Origin: Azolla caroliniana
Taxonomy: Eukaryota > Plantae > Polypodiophyta
Assembly: GCA_043228905.1 (NCBI GenBank)
Contig: JBHGNT010000007.1
Location: 9,610,001 to 9,674,000, forward strand
Direction of reading: 5' to 3'
DNA: 64,000 nucleotides
Shown here: positions 40,020 through 52,900 of the stretch, piece by piece
Numbering within the stretch: position 1 is the stretch's first letter
Layout: each line of letters starts with the position of its first letter
Made by a program: the position numbers and the translations under genes
The notes under the pieces: generated by a model
What the model saw: only the letters and a program-made list of their open reading frames with translations
Told to the model about the DNA's origin: nothing
Database searches by the model: none

Positions 40020-40894
40020 ATCCTGTGTTTTTGCATATATCATCAAAAGGGATTTTGTGCTTTCTATTGAGGTGAAGTGTAAACTATGGTATAACATGGA
40101 TTCAGGGGAAAATTCCATTTGAAATGGGTACGGAGTGAAAGAAACTACCATTCATGTAAATGATGACATCTGGTGATGAAGACAGGAATACAAAGTTGAG
40201 AAACATGATGCATATGTAACTTTTTGTATATGGATTATTCTCTTAACGTTTAATTCTACCATATGGTAAGTTTTTAGACTGTAAATCTTGCATTTAAGAT
40301 TTTCTTACCCAATTCGGTCTGTATGCCTGATGTTAGATAAATAGCAATACGTGATTGGTCGAATTGCATAGGTCAATTGGAACAAGTGAATATACAGGAT
40401 CATTTCCATCCGTTTCATCTTAGGTAAGAAAGTTCACAAATGCTTGCATGACATTCCCAATCCATCACCCCTTCCCCATCCATATTGCTCATACCCATAT
40501 GAGTTCACTTGGTTAATTAATCAAGAACATTCGAGAAAATGCCACTGATTGGTTATAATTCGTTAAGGCCCAAGATCATAGTGATATGTATTATTCTATA
40601 ATAGGGCTCTATTATGGGTAGGGCTCTATTATGGGGTTTCATATTTAGGAGTAGCATTTATAAGGTTTCGATTTTCCTTAAACCCAAAACTCAAAACTTG
40701 TCTTTCCTTGGCCCTACTTTGAATGCTCATGGTGGCTCCTCGAGGTCTAATCCTGTTGTCTTTCCGTGATCCCTATATTGGAAAAAACATATGATGCATA
40801 TCAATATACAATTGAAAAAATTAGAACACATTTATTCTCAAGAATATACATAAATGTCACAAAAGGAGAGAGAAAGCGCAAAGATCATGTATAT

Positions 40895-41082
40895 TAAATG
40901 CAAAGAATCCTCCCTCCTTTGATCTCCAGTCGATGCTATTGGTCAAAGAAAATCATGTCCGAATGAGCAATGCATTGGAAGTACACATGCTCTACTCACA
41001 CTCGGATGGAGGAAGAGGATGCGATCATGCAAGAAGAGGTTGATATGGCTAAGGATGACGAGGGACAAGTCCAATGTGTCCT
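40895..41082 (+). mobile_element. Copia gag internal fragment (family of elements B/D/E)
   Basis: DLQSMLLVKENHVRM..HMLYSHSDGGRG, homologous to the gag region at ~7440-7580. Confidence 0.7.
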
Positions 41083-41153
41083 TTGGTTCTTGCGCATTTA
41101 ATCGATACGTGATGTATTTTATGTGTTAAGAATATTCAATTATTTCTAGCGAG

Positions 41154-41225
41154 TCCATTGTAGTTTAGTTGCATGGGATACTCGACTTTCACTAGAGAAA
41201 ATTGGGTTCCACTCCGGCAATGGAA
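41154..41225 (+). pseudogene. tRNA-Glu-derived copy, type B
   Basis: TCCATTGTAGTTTAGTTGCATGGGATACTCGACTTTCAC...GGGTTCCACTCCGGCAATGGAA; acceptor stem kept, B box altered. Confidence 0.7.
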
Positions 41226-41673
41226 GGATGATGTCATGTTTCTATACATACATCTTAGGCCAAAAATGTTTCGTATCTTCTAAAGTCAATTCAAAATTAG
41301 GTCTTACCATCAATATCTTATTAAATCTTATATGCTATTGTGGGATAGAATGATTGAGTCTATTCCCAATCATCGATAGAGATTTGAATTTGATGAAAAG
41401 TTTGCCTTCTATAATTGCCGATTGAACTCATTTTCACTCGTATGAAAGGTACGAGGTATATTGTTTAATTAAAGTAATGACATTTCTCGATAATTCATTC
41501 AAGAGGATAAAATCACATTTCACTTAAAAGGAAACATACTTGATGGTCTCCTTTAGTAAACCAAGAACCACGAAGGTAACACTAGGATATCATGCCTCAT
41601 CTTGCGTTTCCTCAATTTATGGTTAATTGACATTTTCGTTTATTTTAGAGGAAAATTCTTTAAATTTGTCAAC

Positions 41674-41746
41674 TCCATTGTAGTCTAGTTGGTTAGGATA
41701 CTTGGCTTTCACTCGAGCAACCTGGGTTCAAGTCTTGGCAATGCAA
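41674..41746 (+). pseudogene. tRNA-Glu(TTC) pseudogene, type A
   Basis: Plant tRNA-Glu-like body with several stem mismatches. Confidence 0.8.
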
Positions 41747-42085
41747 GCATCAAGTTGAGTTCAGGTGGCATTTCATATGAAAAAAGTCTCATAATTGAGA
41801 AATACAAGTGATAAAACCTAGTGGTACCATAATATATGTCTAATGACATAATGTACATGTATTGGGTTACAATTGTGGTCTCTAATTCTAACTATCCATC
41901 AGTATTGAATTTAAAAGTAAAATACTGTTCAAAAACCTAAAGCATATCATGTGTCTTGCACATTTAATCGTTGAATTTAAAGGCTAAATAGTGTTCAAAA
42001 TCCTAAAGCGTATCATGTGTCTTGCGCATTTAATCGATACATGACATATTTTATTTGTTAAGAATATTCAATTATTTCTAGCGAG

Positions 42086-42157
42086 TCCATTGTAGTTTAC
42101 TTGGATGGGATACTCGGCTTTCACTACAGAAAATTGGGTTCCACTATGGCAATGGAA
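42086..42157 (+). pseudogene. tRNA-Glu-derived copy, type B
   Basis: Same subtype as 41154-41225. Confidence 0.7.
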
Positions 42158-42208
42158 GGATGATGTGATGTTTCTAGACATCTTAGGGAAAAAATGTTTC
42201 GTATATTA

Positions 42209-45200
42209 TGTTGAGAGACAAGCTCAACATCGGCCAGTTCGGCTGAAGAAGCCGAGGACCGGATCGGTTGGGACCGATCGGTTAGGCCGAGTGCGTACAC
42301 CGGGAGGTCGTTAGGAAAGATATTCCGTGAAGAATATATTTGGGAGTTAGTGTAGGAGCTCTTGATGAGGATTGAAGTACTATCAGTACTTCGGTCAGTC
42401 CTTCTAGGACTTGTATAAAAATGTTCACTGAGCACGTCTTATGTACAAACTGAGTATTATTGTTGAATATAGCTTTTTGTGTCTTCTCTCTGTCTCTCCC
42501 GCGTATACCGTGTAAGCTCAAGCTCTCCATTGAACCTGAGTTTCCTTCCTTCTGTTCGGTCTTCATACTTGCTTCCGCACGTTGCTTTCTACATGGTATC
42601 AGAGCGCGAGGGTTGAGAACCTCTCTGCAGCCGACACAGCTTGACGAAGAAGAACGAGAAGAACGATGGATAGAGGCATGGCGAGCTCGCTTCCAACAGA
42701 GAAGCTCGACAGAACCAACTACGCGTCTTGGTCCTACAAGATGCACCAGTACCTGCTCGGGCACGACTACTGGAGTTATGTCGAAGGAGCTAATGACGCG
42801 GCACCCGAATCAACACACAGAGACTTCCCGTTGTGGGAGCAATTTGCGAGCAGGGTATTGTACTGCTTCGCGTTGTGTGTGGGCGAACAACTATTGAGCT
42901 ATGTTCGGGATGCAAAGACGCCGAAGGGTGCGTGGGAAAATTTGAAGAAGATTTTCGCTGCGAGCACCACAGCTAGGAAGCTTCAGCTCCGACAGGAGTT
43001 GAGCAACCTACGACAACTCGACTTGTCGGTGGCGGACTATACCTCGAAGATCAAGGATATCTGCGACTCCCTCGCCTCCATAGAGGTGAACTGTTAGGAA
43101 ACAGGTCCCTCCGGATGGGAAGGGAGAAGAACAGTGCCGACGAACAAACTCGGCCGAGGCCGACAGGCCGAGACCGAAACGGTATGAACCGGATGAGGAG
43201 TACCCGCATGCGGAGAGCCGGATGGTGTAGGCCCGGTATGAACCGGATGAGAAGACATATTCGTAAATATGTCTCTGAGAGCCCATCGAGGCTACGTTTG
43301 TAAATAGCCGAAAAGTCATATTAGTATGAATATGACTTAGGGCAAACTTTTATGTGTGTCGTTTTGTTGTTGTCATTCTTGTTGTTGGTGCAAGAAGAAG
43401 AGTGAGCGCATAACTGTACAGAGTGAGAGAGAGAGAGAGAGAGACGAGGTCGTTGCCTCTGTTGTAACCGCCGCCTGTGGCGAAGATCTGAGAGCACGAG
43501 GTCGTTGCCTCAGTGAACTCACTGTTGTATATTCTTACATAGTGACAGTTTGCAGCCCATGGGCTGCCGTGGTTTTTCCCCTATTTTGGGGTTTTCCACG
43601 TAAACCTCCTGTGTACCATTTCTTCCCTTTGTGTCGCGTTTTTTTTATTACCTGTTTTTCTTTGTATGAAAAGAATCTCGGTTGTGGCCGAGCGTCGGAC
43701 ATAAGGAACGTCGAGTTCTCAACATGAACATCGAGGAGAGCGAGATGGTCCAGATCTGTCTCAGAGGTTTGGCGTCGAAGTTCGGAGCGTTCCGAACAGC
43801 TGTGTGTACCCGGGAGAATAAGCCGTCCTTTTTCGACTTACAGTCGATGCTCCTGGTAGAGGAGAACCACGCGGGTGCGTCGACGAGCACGCACACCGAC
43901 AACAAGATGTTGTACACGGAGGGAGAAAGGCCCCGTGGTAGTGGCGGACGAGGCGAGTCGGTACGCAATGGAAGCGGCCGACGAGATCAAGGAAGAAGGC
44001 ACCAAAGTGATGCCGACAGCAACTCCGGACCCTCCGGAAACAGAGGGAGTCGAAGCGATGAGAACCGGCAAGGGAAGGCCATCGCGGAGTGCTGGTACTG
44101 TGGCAAGAAAGGCCACAGGGAAAGTGAGTGCTGGAAGAAGCGCGCCGATTCGGAGAGAACTGGTTCTGGAAACGGCTCCAGACATACTGACAAGGGAAAT
44201 TGGCAGCGATCGCACTACGCCGAAGACTCCGGGAGAGCCGGAGAAGGGCATGCCTTCGTGATGAGACACGAAGCAAACTCAATGAAACAAAGCACCCCGG
44301 GATCGGACGAGGTGTGGTACGTAGACTCCAGCGCGTCAAACCACATGACGAGCCATAAGGAGTGGTTCTCGTACCTTGAAAAACCGATAGAACCTGGAGT
44401 AGTCGCAACAGGAGACGATACTCCGCATCCGATCGCGAATGTTGGAGAAGTTCCCCTTAGCCATGTCGGGCAGAAAGGGAAACTCATGAACGTGCTGCAC
44501 GTCCCGACAATCACGAAAAACTTGGTCTCGGTCGGACAGATCGTCGACCAAGGGATGGAGGTTCGGTTTACACACCTCGGGTGCTTCATTGAGGAAGAAG
44601 GCCGTGTGATTGCGCAAGGGCGCAGAGACGGGAGGATGTTCATCCTCGACTCCACTGACGGCGGCACCGCAATGTTCGCGAAGGAACAAAAGACCGAGTC
44701 GGACATCGACTTGTGGCACAAGCGGATAGGCCACGTCAACCACCAACGACTTCAAGATCTGCAATCGAAACAGGTAGTGTTTGGATTGCCCAAGTTTAGT
44801 GGCTGAAAGGCACAAGTTTGTGAAGCTTGCCAACTCAGGAAGCAACACCCACTTCCTTTCCCCAACGAGCGAAACCGGAGCCAGAACAAGCTCGACCTTA
44901 TACACTCCGATGTATGGGGACCGGCACAAAACGTTAGTCTTGGCGGGAGTCGATATTTCGTCTCCTTCATCGACGACCACACGCGACACAAGTGGATCTA
45001 CCTCATTGAGAGGAAGAGCGAAGTCTTCGACTGTTTCCGGGACCTCAAAGGGTTCGTGGAAGCCGAAACGGGACGAAAGATCAAGTGCTTGCGGTCGGAT
45101 GGCGGGAAAGAGTACTTTTCCGGTCAAGTCAACGGTTACCTACAACAAATGGGAATTCGCCGCGAATTCAGTTGTAGATACATGCCAGAGCAGAACGGCG

Positions 45201-48200
45201 TGGCCGAGAGAAAGAATCGGTCAGTTGTGGAAGCGGCACGGGCAATGCTGGAGGAGAAGAGCTTGCCCAAGTTCTACTGGGCCGAGGCGGTAAGGACCGC
45301 GGTATACATCCAAAACCGGATCGGAGACAAAGTGTCGGCGCACGAGCTATATTTCGAAACGAAGCCGAACTTGCGACACTTGTGGGTGTTCGGTAGCATT
45401 GCGTATGTGCATGTACCGAAGGAGAAAAGGAGGAAGCTGGACGCAAAGGCCGAGAAATGCATCTTGGTTGGTTACTCGGACGAGCAGAAGGGTTATAAGT
45501 GTTATAACCCTCGCACCAAACAAGCGCGTGTTAGCCGCGACGTTGTGTTTGACGAGTCCGCGTCCTGGTACCTGCCCCCGACTACGAACCTTGACTCCAA
45601 TCCGAGCTCTGACGATGAGGTCAGCGAGGCCGAGATGCCTCCGGATGAGCCCAAAATCGAGACCCGCGAAGAGAGTCCGATTTCGCTCTGTTTAAGTGGA
45701 CCGATTGGACGACTGAGTCGGTACGACCAGTCCGATGAAGAGACGGCGAGTAGTGGAGACTCGGCCGTGCATTCCCCGCGCAGGAGGCCGAGGAGATGGC
45801 TTACGTGCAAAGAGAAAGGGAAGAAGAAGGTGTCGGATTCCAGCACGGAAAGGAACGAGTCAGACCGACTCGAGTCCGACTCCGAGGGAACCGGTGACGG
45901 GTCTTTAAAGGCGAAGGCCGCGTCGACTGAGAAGGCCTCGACATCGGCTAATGTGAGATTACGCCGATCTACCCGCCAGAAGAATCCTGTTTTGCGGTTC
46001 GGATACAACGAGTAAATGGCGCATCATTATGCGTACATGACCCGTGTAGCGGAAGTGCGTGAGCCGGAGAGCTACGCAGAAGCGGCGAAGGATGCGAATT
46101 GGCGCGCCGCGATGGAGGAAGAGATGCATGCGTTGGCGGAGAATGAGACCTGGGACCTGGTTGACGCACCAATAGGGGTAAAATCGATCGGGTGTAGGTG
46201 GGTGTACAAGGTCAAGTACAACACCGATGGCTTGGTCAACCGGTACAAGGCTCAGCTAGTGGCAAAGGGCTACGCGCAGAAGCACGACATCGACTACGAT
46301 GAGACATTTGCGCCGGTCGCGAAAATGACGACTGTCCGTGTCTTGCTCGCAGTAGCCGCGGCCAAGGGGTGGCACTTACATCAGATGGATGTAAAGAATG
46401 CGTTCCTGCAAGGTGACCTTGAGGAACAGGTGTACATGGTACAACCCCCCAGACTTCACTCTGGAACGAACTCCTCGGCAGTATGCCAACTAAAGAAGTC
46501 CCTTTACGGATTGAAGCAAGCCCCGCGTGCCTGGAACGCGAAGATCACGCAACAATTGCGTCGGATGGGCTTCGTCACGTCAAAATCGGACTCTTCCTTG
46601 TTCATCCGGAAAGGTCGACTCGGACCGGTTAGTATTTTACTGTATGTTGATGACTTGGTCATCACCGGCGCCGACCTAGGTGAAATCGACCGCGTGAAGC
46701 TCCAGCTTGCGGCATTGTTCGACATGAAGGACCTGAGAGACCTTCATTACTTCCTCGGGATCGAAGTGATCCGTACCCCCCAAGGCATATTGATCAGCCA
46801 ACGTCATTACGTGCTGAGTATGCTCTTCAAACTCGAGATGGCCGACTGTAAGTCCATCTCGACTCCTCTGGACAGAACCGTCAAGCTTCGTCCCGATACG
46901 GGAAAGGTATGCGACCCGACGAGGTTCCGACGAGGTTCAGTGTGCGCAACATGTACTTCGGTACGTAAGCGGCACTAAGGACCACAGACTGCTATATCGG
47001 ACCGGTGCAACCGCGCAGTTAATCGGCTACACCGATGCTGATTGGGCTGGCAACACCGTCGATCGCCGATCCACGTCTGGATACGCGTTCTCCCTCGGGA
47101 GTGCCGCGATTGCGTGGTGCAGTAAGAAGCAGCCGACAGTTGCTCTGTCGAGCACCGAAGCTGAGTACTGAGGAGCGGCTGTCGCGACATGCGAAGGCAT
47201 ATGGTTGAAGCGGCTACTTAAGGACCTGCAAGAGGAGGTGACCGATCCAACGACGATCTACTGCGACAACCTCAGCAGCATCCAACTCGCGAAGAACCCC
47301 GTCTTCCACGCACGGACCAAGCACATTGAGGTGCACTACCATTTCGTCCGTGAGCGTGTCCTTTCCGGTGAAGTCGAACTTCAGTACGTTCCGACGGATT
47401 GGCAGGCTGCCGACATCTTCACCAAGCCTCTTGGTCTAGACAAGTTGCGGCAATTCTCAGGTGCGCTCGGGTTGCGTCACCTTGACGTGCCAAACTTGAG
47501 GGGGAGAACAGTCCTGAAAGAGCAAGCAAGGCAGCAGGAAAGGAGCGGACACCGCGACACCGAGTCAGTTGACAAGTTCGACATCGGATTGGCTGAAGAA
47601 GTCGAGGGCGGACCCGCGAAAAAGTTCGGAAGCAGACAGAAGGGGAGCAACCGAAGGAGAGAGCCGAAGCCAACCACGCATGGGGAAGATGACGCCATCG
47701 AAGGCGAGAAGACCGAAGACGAGTTGGAGACAGCCAACTCGGACAAGAGCGAAAACCGATCGGAGGTAGCCGAGTCGGTTCGGATGTTTGATTCAGACAC
47801 ATTGAATCAACCGAGGCCCAAGCGGAAGAAAAGGCAACAGAAGAAGTGTCGACACCGCAATAACAGAAGAGCTGATAAGGGCCGCATGAGCAGACGAGCC
47901 GACCGGAAGGGTCGAAGTGCGCGGAGTCGAAGAGGTCGAGGAGCGCGAGCGAGGCGTGAAGCCAGGAGGAACCAGAGCTGTGAGCCCGAGGATCCCGAAG
48001 AGCCTCGAGTTGAGCTTGAGGGGGAGTGTTGAGAGACAAGCTCAACATCGGCCGGTTCGGCTGAAGAAGCCGAGGACCGGATCGGTTGGGACCGATCGGT
48101 TAGGCCAAGTGCGTACACCGGGAGGTCCTTAGGAAAGATATTCTGTGAGGAATATATTTGGGAGTTAGTGCAGGAGCTCTTGATGAGCATTGAAGTACTG

Positions 48201-48411
48201 TCAGTACTTCGGTCAGTCCTTCTAGGACTTGTATAAAAATGTTCACTAAGCACGTCTTATGTACAGACTGAGTATTATTGTTGAATATAGCTTTTTGTGT
48301 CTTCTCTCTGTCTCTCCCGCGTATACCGTGTAAGCTCAAGCTCTCCATTGAACCTGAGTTTCCTTCCTTCTGTTCAGTCTTCATACTTGCTTCCGCACGT
48401 TGCTTTCTACA
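42209..48411 (+). mobile_element. Ty1/copia element C with both LTRs, decayed
   Basis: 385-bp LTRs at 42209-42593 and 48027-48411 (~11 substitutions by eye). TSD TATTA. PBS TGGTATCAGAGC at 42594; PPT GAGGGGGAG at 48018-48026. gag-PR-IN-RT(YVDD)-RH with stops and a deletion near 46930. Confidence 0.97.
43092..43724 (+). mobile_element. Solo LTR (Tnt1/Tork-like copia) inside the gag of element C
   Basis: TGTTAG...CTCAACA with TSD TGAAC (43087-43091 and 43725-43729). gag reads ..SIEVN|IEESEM across it. Shares the CCGTGGTTTTTCCC..GGGTTTTCCACGTAAA motif with the LTR at 60432-61090. Confidence 0.92.
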
Positions 48412-48916
48412 TATTACACACTCAATTCAAAAGTAGGTCTTACCATAAATATCTTATTAAATCTTATATACTATAGAGGGTTAGAATTATTGACTCTATT
48501 CCCAATCAAAGTCAATTCAAAATTAGGCCTTACCATAAATATCTTAATAAATCTTGTATGTTATAGTGGGTTAGAATTATTCACTCTATTCCCAAACATT
48601 TATGACTCTTTGAATTTGATAAAAAAATCGTCTTCTATAACATAAAGCTTAACATAATTGCCGATTGAACTCATTTTCACTCGAATAAAGGGTACGGGGT
48701 ATATTCTTTAATTAAAGTAATGACATTTCTCGATAATTCATTTAAGCGGATAAAATCACATTTCACTTAAAAGGAAACATACTTGAAGCTCTCCTTTAGT
48801 AAACCAAGAACCACAAAGGCAACCCTAGAATATCATCTGTCCTCTTACGTTTCCGCAATTTATGGTTAATTGACATTTTCATTTATTTAAGAGAAACATC
48901 CTTCACCTTTGTCAAC

Positions 48917-48989
48917 GACATTGTAGTCTAGTTGGTTAGGATACTCGGCTTTCACTCAAGCGACTTGGGTTCAAGTCCCGACATTGGAA
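48917..48989 (+). pseudogene. tRNA-Glu(TTC) pseudogene, type A
   Basis: A and B boxes present; acceptor and anticodon stems mismatched. Confidence 0.75.
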
Positions 48990-49593
48990 ACATCAAGTCT
49001 AGTTTAGGTTGCATCTCATACAAAAAAAAATCTTATAATTGATTGACCAATGCAAGACATAAAACGTTGTGGTGACATAATCTACATGTATTGGGTTACA
49101 ATTGTGGCCTCTAATTCCAAATATTCATAAGTATTGAATTTAAAAGTATAATACATGTTCAAAAACCTAAAGCATATCATGTGTCTTGTGCATTCAAAAT
49201 TTGGTCTTTCCAGAAATATCTTATTACATCTTGTATGTTATAGTGGGTTACAATTATTCACTCTATTCCCAATCATCGATGGGTCTTTGAATTTGATAAA
49301 AAATTCGGCTTCTATAATACAAAGCTTAAGATAATTGCCGATTGAACTCATTTTCACTTGTATGAAAGGTAAGAGGTATATTGTTTAATTAAAGTAACAA
49401 CATTTCTCGATAATTCATCAAAGATGAAAAAATCACATTTCACTTAAAAGGAAACATACTTGAAGCTCCTCTTTAGTAATCCAAGAACCACGAAGGCAGC
49501 ACTAGGATATCATGTGTCATCTTGTGTTTCCACAATTTATGGTTAATTGACATTTTCTTTTATTTTAGAGAAAAATCCTTCAACTTTGTCAAC

Positions 49594-49666
49594 TCCATTG
49601 TAGTCTAGTTAGTTAAGGTACTCGGCTTTCACCCGAGCGACCCGGATTCAAGTCCCGGCAATGGAA
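49594..49666 (+). pseudogene. tRNA-Glu(TTC)-like copy, near intact
   Basis: Acceptor stem TCCATTG/CAATGGA and anticodon arm CTCGG-CTTTCAC-CCGAG are perfect; D-loop GG and one T-stem pair are mutated. Confidence 0.8.
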
Positions 49667-49804
49667 ACATAAAGTCTAGTTCAGGTTGCATCTTCTACGG
49701 AAAACGTCTCATATGACAAATACAAGACATAAAACGTTGTGGTGACATTATCCACATGTATTGGGCCTCTAATTCCAAATATCCATAAGTATTGAGTTTA
49801 AAAG

Positions 49805-49862
49805 TGTAAAGAATCAAGAGATTGATTCTTGTGAAGCAGAAGTGATATGAGTTATGTGTGTG

Positions 49863-49907
<45 letters not shown>

Positions 49908-52900
49908 AGGAATACACAAGGTAAAGGTATATTGACAAAGGAGAAAGACTCAACATTATACAAGGTGGGAGGAAGGCTCATGGAGCATGGGGAATGTGAA
50001 AGCTCATAAGTTATGTGTCATAGAATATGATTCTATGACTCATACTAAATGCTAGAATACAAAGTGGTGACATAATGGTGACTCTTGACCGTTGAGGTGT
50101 CTCTTCACTCTCAAGGTGAGTTCACACACTAGACCAAGTTGAGCTTGATTCTCAACACGCCCCCTGAAGCTCAAGTCGGGTCAGTTTCAGACGGTATCCG
50201 AAATCCGCTTCAATTCACGTTCGGGAGTCCGCGTCGACTCGCTTTATGTGGAGTTGCGGAATCTGTGCTCCAGTTGTGCGTAGTTACGAAGTCTGTGCTT
50301 CGGCTTGCGTGCGTAGTTGCGAAGTCTGTGCTTCGGCTTGCGTGCGTAGTTGCGAAGTCTGTGTTTCGGCTTGTGTCTTTCTTCGCGGCTTTGCGCGGTA
50401 GATCGGCTCTTTGTTGCTACGGTGTGTGGTTTCGGAATCTACGCGTTATTGCGTAGTGTCTTCAGTACTCCCCCTCAAGCTTGGCAGATTAGGGATCGTC
50501 AATCCGAGATCGGTCATGAATTGCCATAGCTTGTCGGCTCCTAAGGCTTTAGTGAAGATGTCGACCGTTTGAAGATTGGTGCTTATGTGTTGTAGATCGA
50601 CATCGCCAGCCAAAACGCGCTCTCGGATGAAGTGATAGTGCACTTCGATGTGCTTTGTCCTCGCGTGGAACATCGGGTTCCGAGCCAGATAGATACTGCT
50701 CATGTTGTCGCAGTAAAGGGAAGTCGGATCCTTGATGGGTACGCCCAGATCCTTCAAAATCCTCTTGAGCCATACGGCTTCACACGCAGCTACGGTTGCG
50801 CCCCTGTATTCCGCCTCCGTACTCGAAAGAGCGACGATGGGCTGCTTCTTGCTACTCCAGAATAATTCTCCGCTGCCAAGGGAGAAAACAAATCCGGAGG
50901 TTGATCTTCTATCGGCTTTGTAGCCGGCCCAATCGGCGTCTGTGTACCCCTCGAGTCGTATTGGCATCGCGGTCTTGTAGAGGATGCCGCAATCCATTGT
51001 GCCGCTCACGTACCGTAGAACTCGCTTAGCGCAATCCAAGTGAGTATCACGCGGTGTTTGCATGAATTGGCTAAGGAGACCGACCGGATAACTGAGATCG
51101 GGTCGAGTGATCGTGAGGTAGATGAGACTCCTGATGAGTTGCCGATACTGAGTCGGCTCACACGCTTTGGTGCCGGAGTTTGCATCTAGTTTGAGATTAC
51201 GATCGAGCGGGGTTGCCACGGATTTGCACTCAGCCATCCCGAACTTGTATAATAAGTTGAGGATGTAGTGCCGTTGAGAGATCATGATTCCGGCCGGAGT
51301 CCGAATTACCTCGATGTCGAGGAAGTAGTGGAGCTCCTTCATGTCTGTCATCTCGAACTTGTCGGAAAGGAGGGATTTGACCTTATTGATTTCGACGAGA
51401 TGCTCACCTCCAATGACTAGGTCATCCACATATAAAATGATGACGATCGGACTTGCGGAATCGCTTCGTATGTAGAGGGAGTTGTCTGATTTTGACATAC
51501 GGAAGCCGATTTGATGAAGATATTGCGTTATCTTCGAGTGCCAAGCACGCGGTGCTTGCTTGAGGCCATAGAGTGGCTTCTTGAGTCGGCATACAACTTT
51601 CGGATGGGTGCTCGAGTTGAAGCCGGGTGGTTGTAGCATGTACACCTCCTCTTCTAATTCGCCTTGTAGAAAGGCGTTCTTGACGTCCATTTGATGGAGG
51701 TGCCACCCTTTCTCCGCGGCAATCGCAATTACGGTACGCACCGTCATCGTCTTTGCCACTGGGGCAAAGGTTTCTTCGTAGTCGACGTCATGTGTCTGAG
51801 CGTATCCTTTCGCTACGAGTCGAGCTTTGTAGCGGTTGACGGAACCATCGACGTTATACTTCACCTTGTAGATCCCACGTCTCGTTCTTCCGTAGTGCCT
51901 ACATCTCCTCATTCATTGCTTCGATCCATCGAGGGTCCTTCACGGCTTCCGAAAAGGTTTCCGGCTCCCGTACTGTCGCTACTTTCATCATAAAGGCGTA
52001 ATGGTACGCCATGTAATTGTTGTAGCCGAATCGACTTACGGGGTTCTTTTCACGAGTGGATCGGCGGACCTTTTCATTTGCAGAGATGAGGGCTTTCTTT
52101 GCTCCGATTGGTACCTCGAAACCGCCGAACTCACTGTCGAGTGAGTGAGTTGACTCATCGTTGGTGAAGCGATTGTCTTCGTATTCCACCATTTTCGCCT
52201 TGCCTTTGTCCATCTTCGGGCTAGGCCGTGATGTGCTTTGATCGCTCAAAGGCTCTTGTGGTCCACTCAGTCGGGTCGTGATCGGACTTTCTTCGAACAT
52301 GCGCGTAAGGTGATCTTCATCCTCTATCTCTTGTTCGATGGATTCCGGGTCGAGCGGGGTCGGAGTCGAAGTTGTCTCTGGTGCGTACCAGGATGCAGAC
52401 TCGTCAAAGACGACGTCTCGACTTACTCGAGATTGTCGAGTTGAAGGGTTGTAGCACTTGTACCCCTTTTGCTCCAGTGAGTATCCTACGAGGATACATT
52501 TCTCCGACTTCGGGTCGAGCTTTTGACGCTTCTCGTCGGGGATGTGCACGTACGCAATGGAGCCGAATATCCGAACATGTGATAAGTTCGGCTTCTTTCC
52601 AGATGTCGTGCACCGGTTCATTAGGTAGATGGTCGTATTTGCCGCTTCGGCCCAATATGACTTGGGCATATGCTTCTCGTTCATCATGGCCCGCGCTACT
52701 TCGAGGATGTGCCGATTTTTGCGCTCGGCTACTCCGTTTTGTTGCGGAGTGTGTCGGCAAGTGAATTCTCGTTGAATTTCTTCCTTTCGGAGATATGCTG
52801 TGAAATCGTCCGAGAAGTACTCCTTGCCGCCATCCGATCGAAGGCATCGTACATGTCGGCCCGTGGCTTTCTCGACTTCATTCTTGAAATTTTGGAAGTG

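Noticed and set aside
47419-48253. Antisense ORFs (209 aa, 148 aa) as an extra retroelement gene
   Set aside because: Low-complexity shadows of GC-rich sequence with no recognisable motif.
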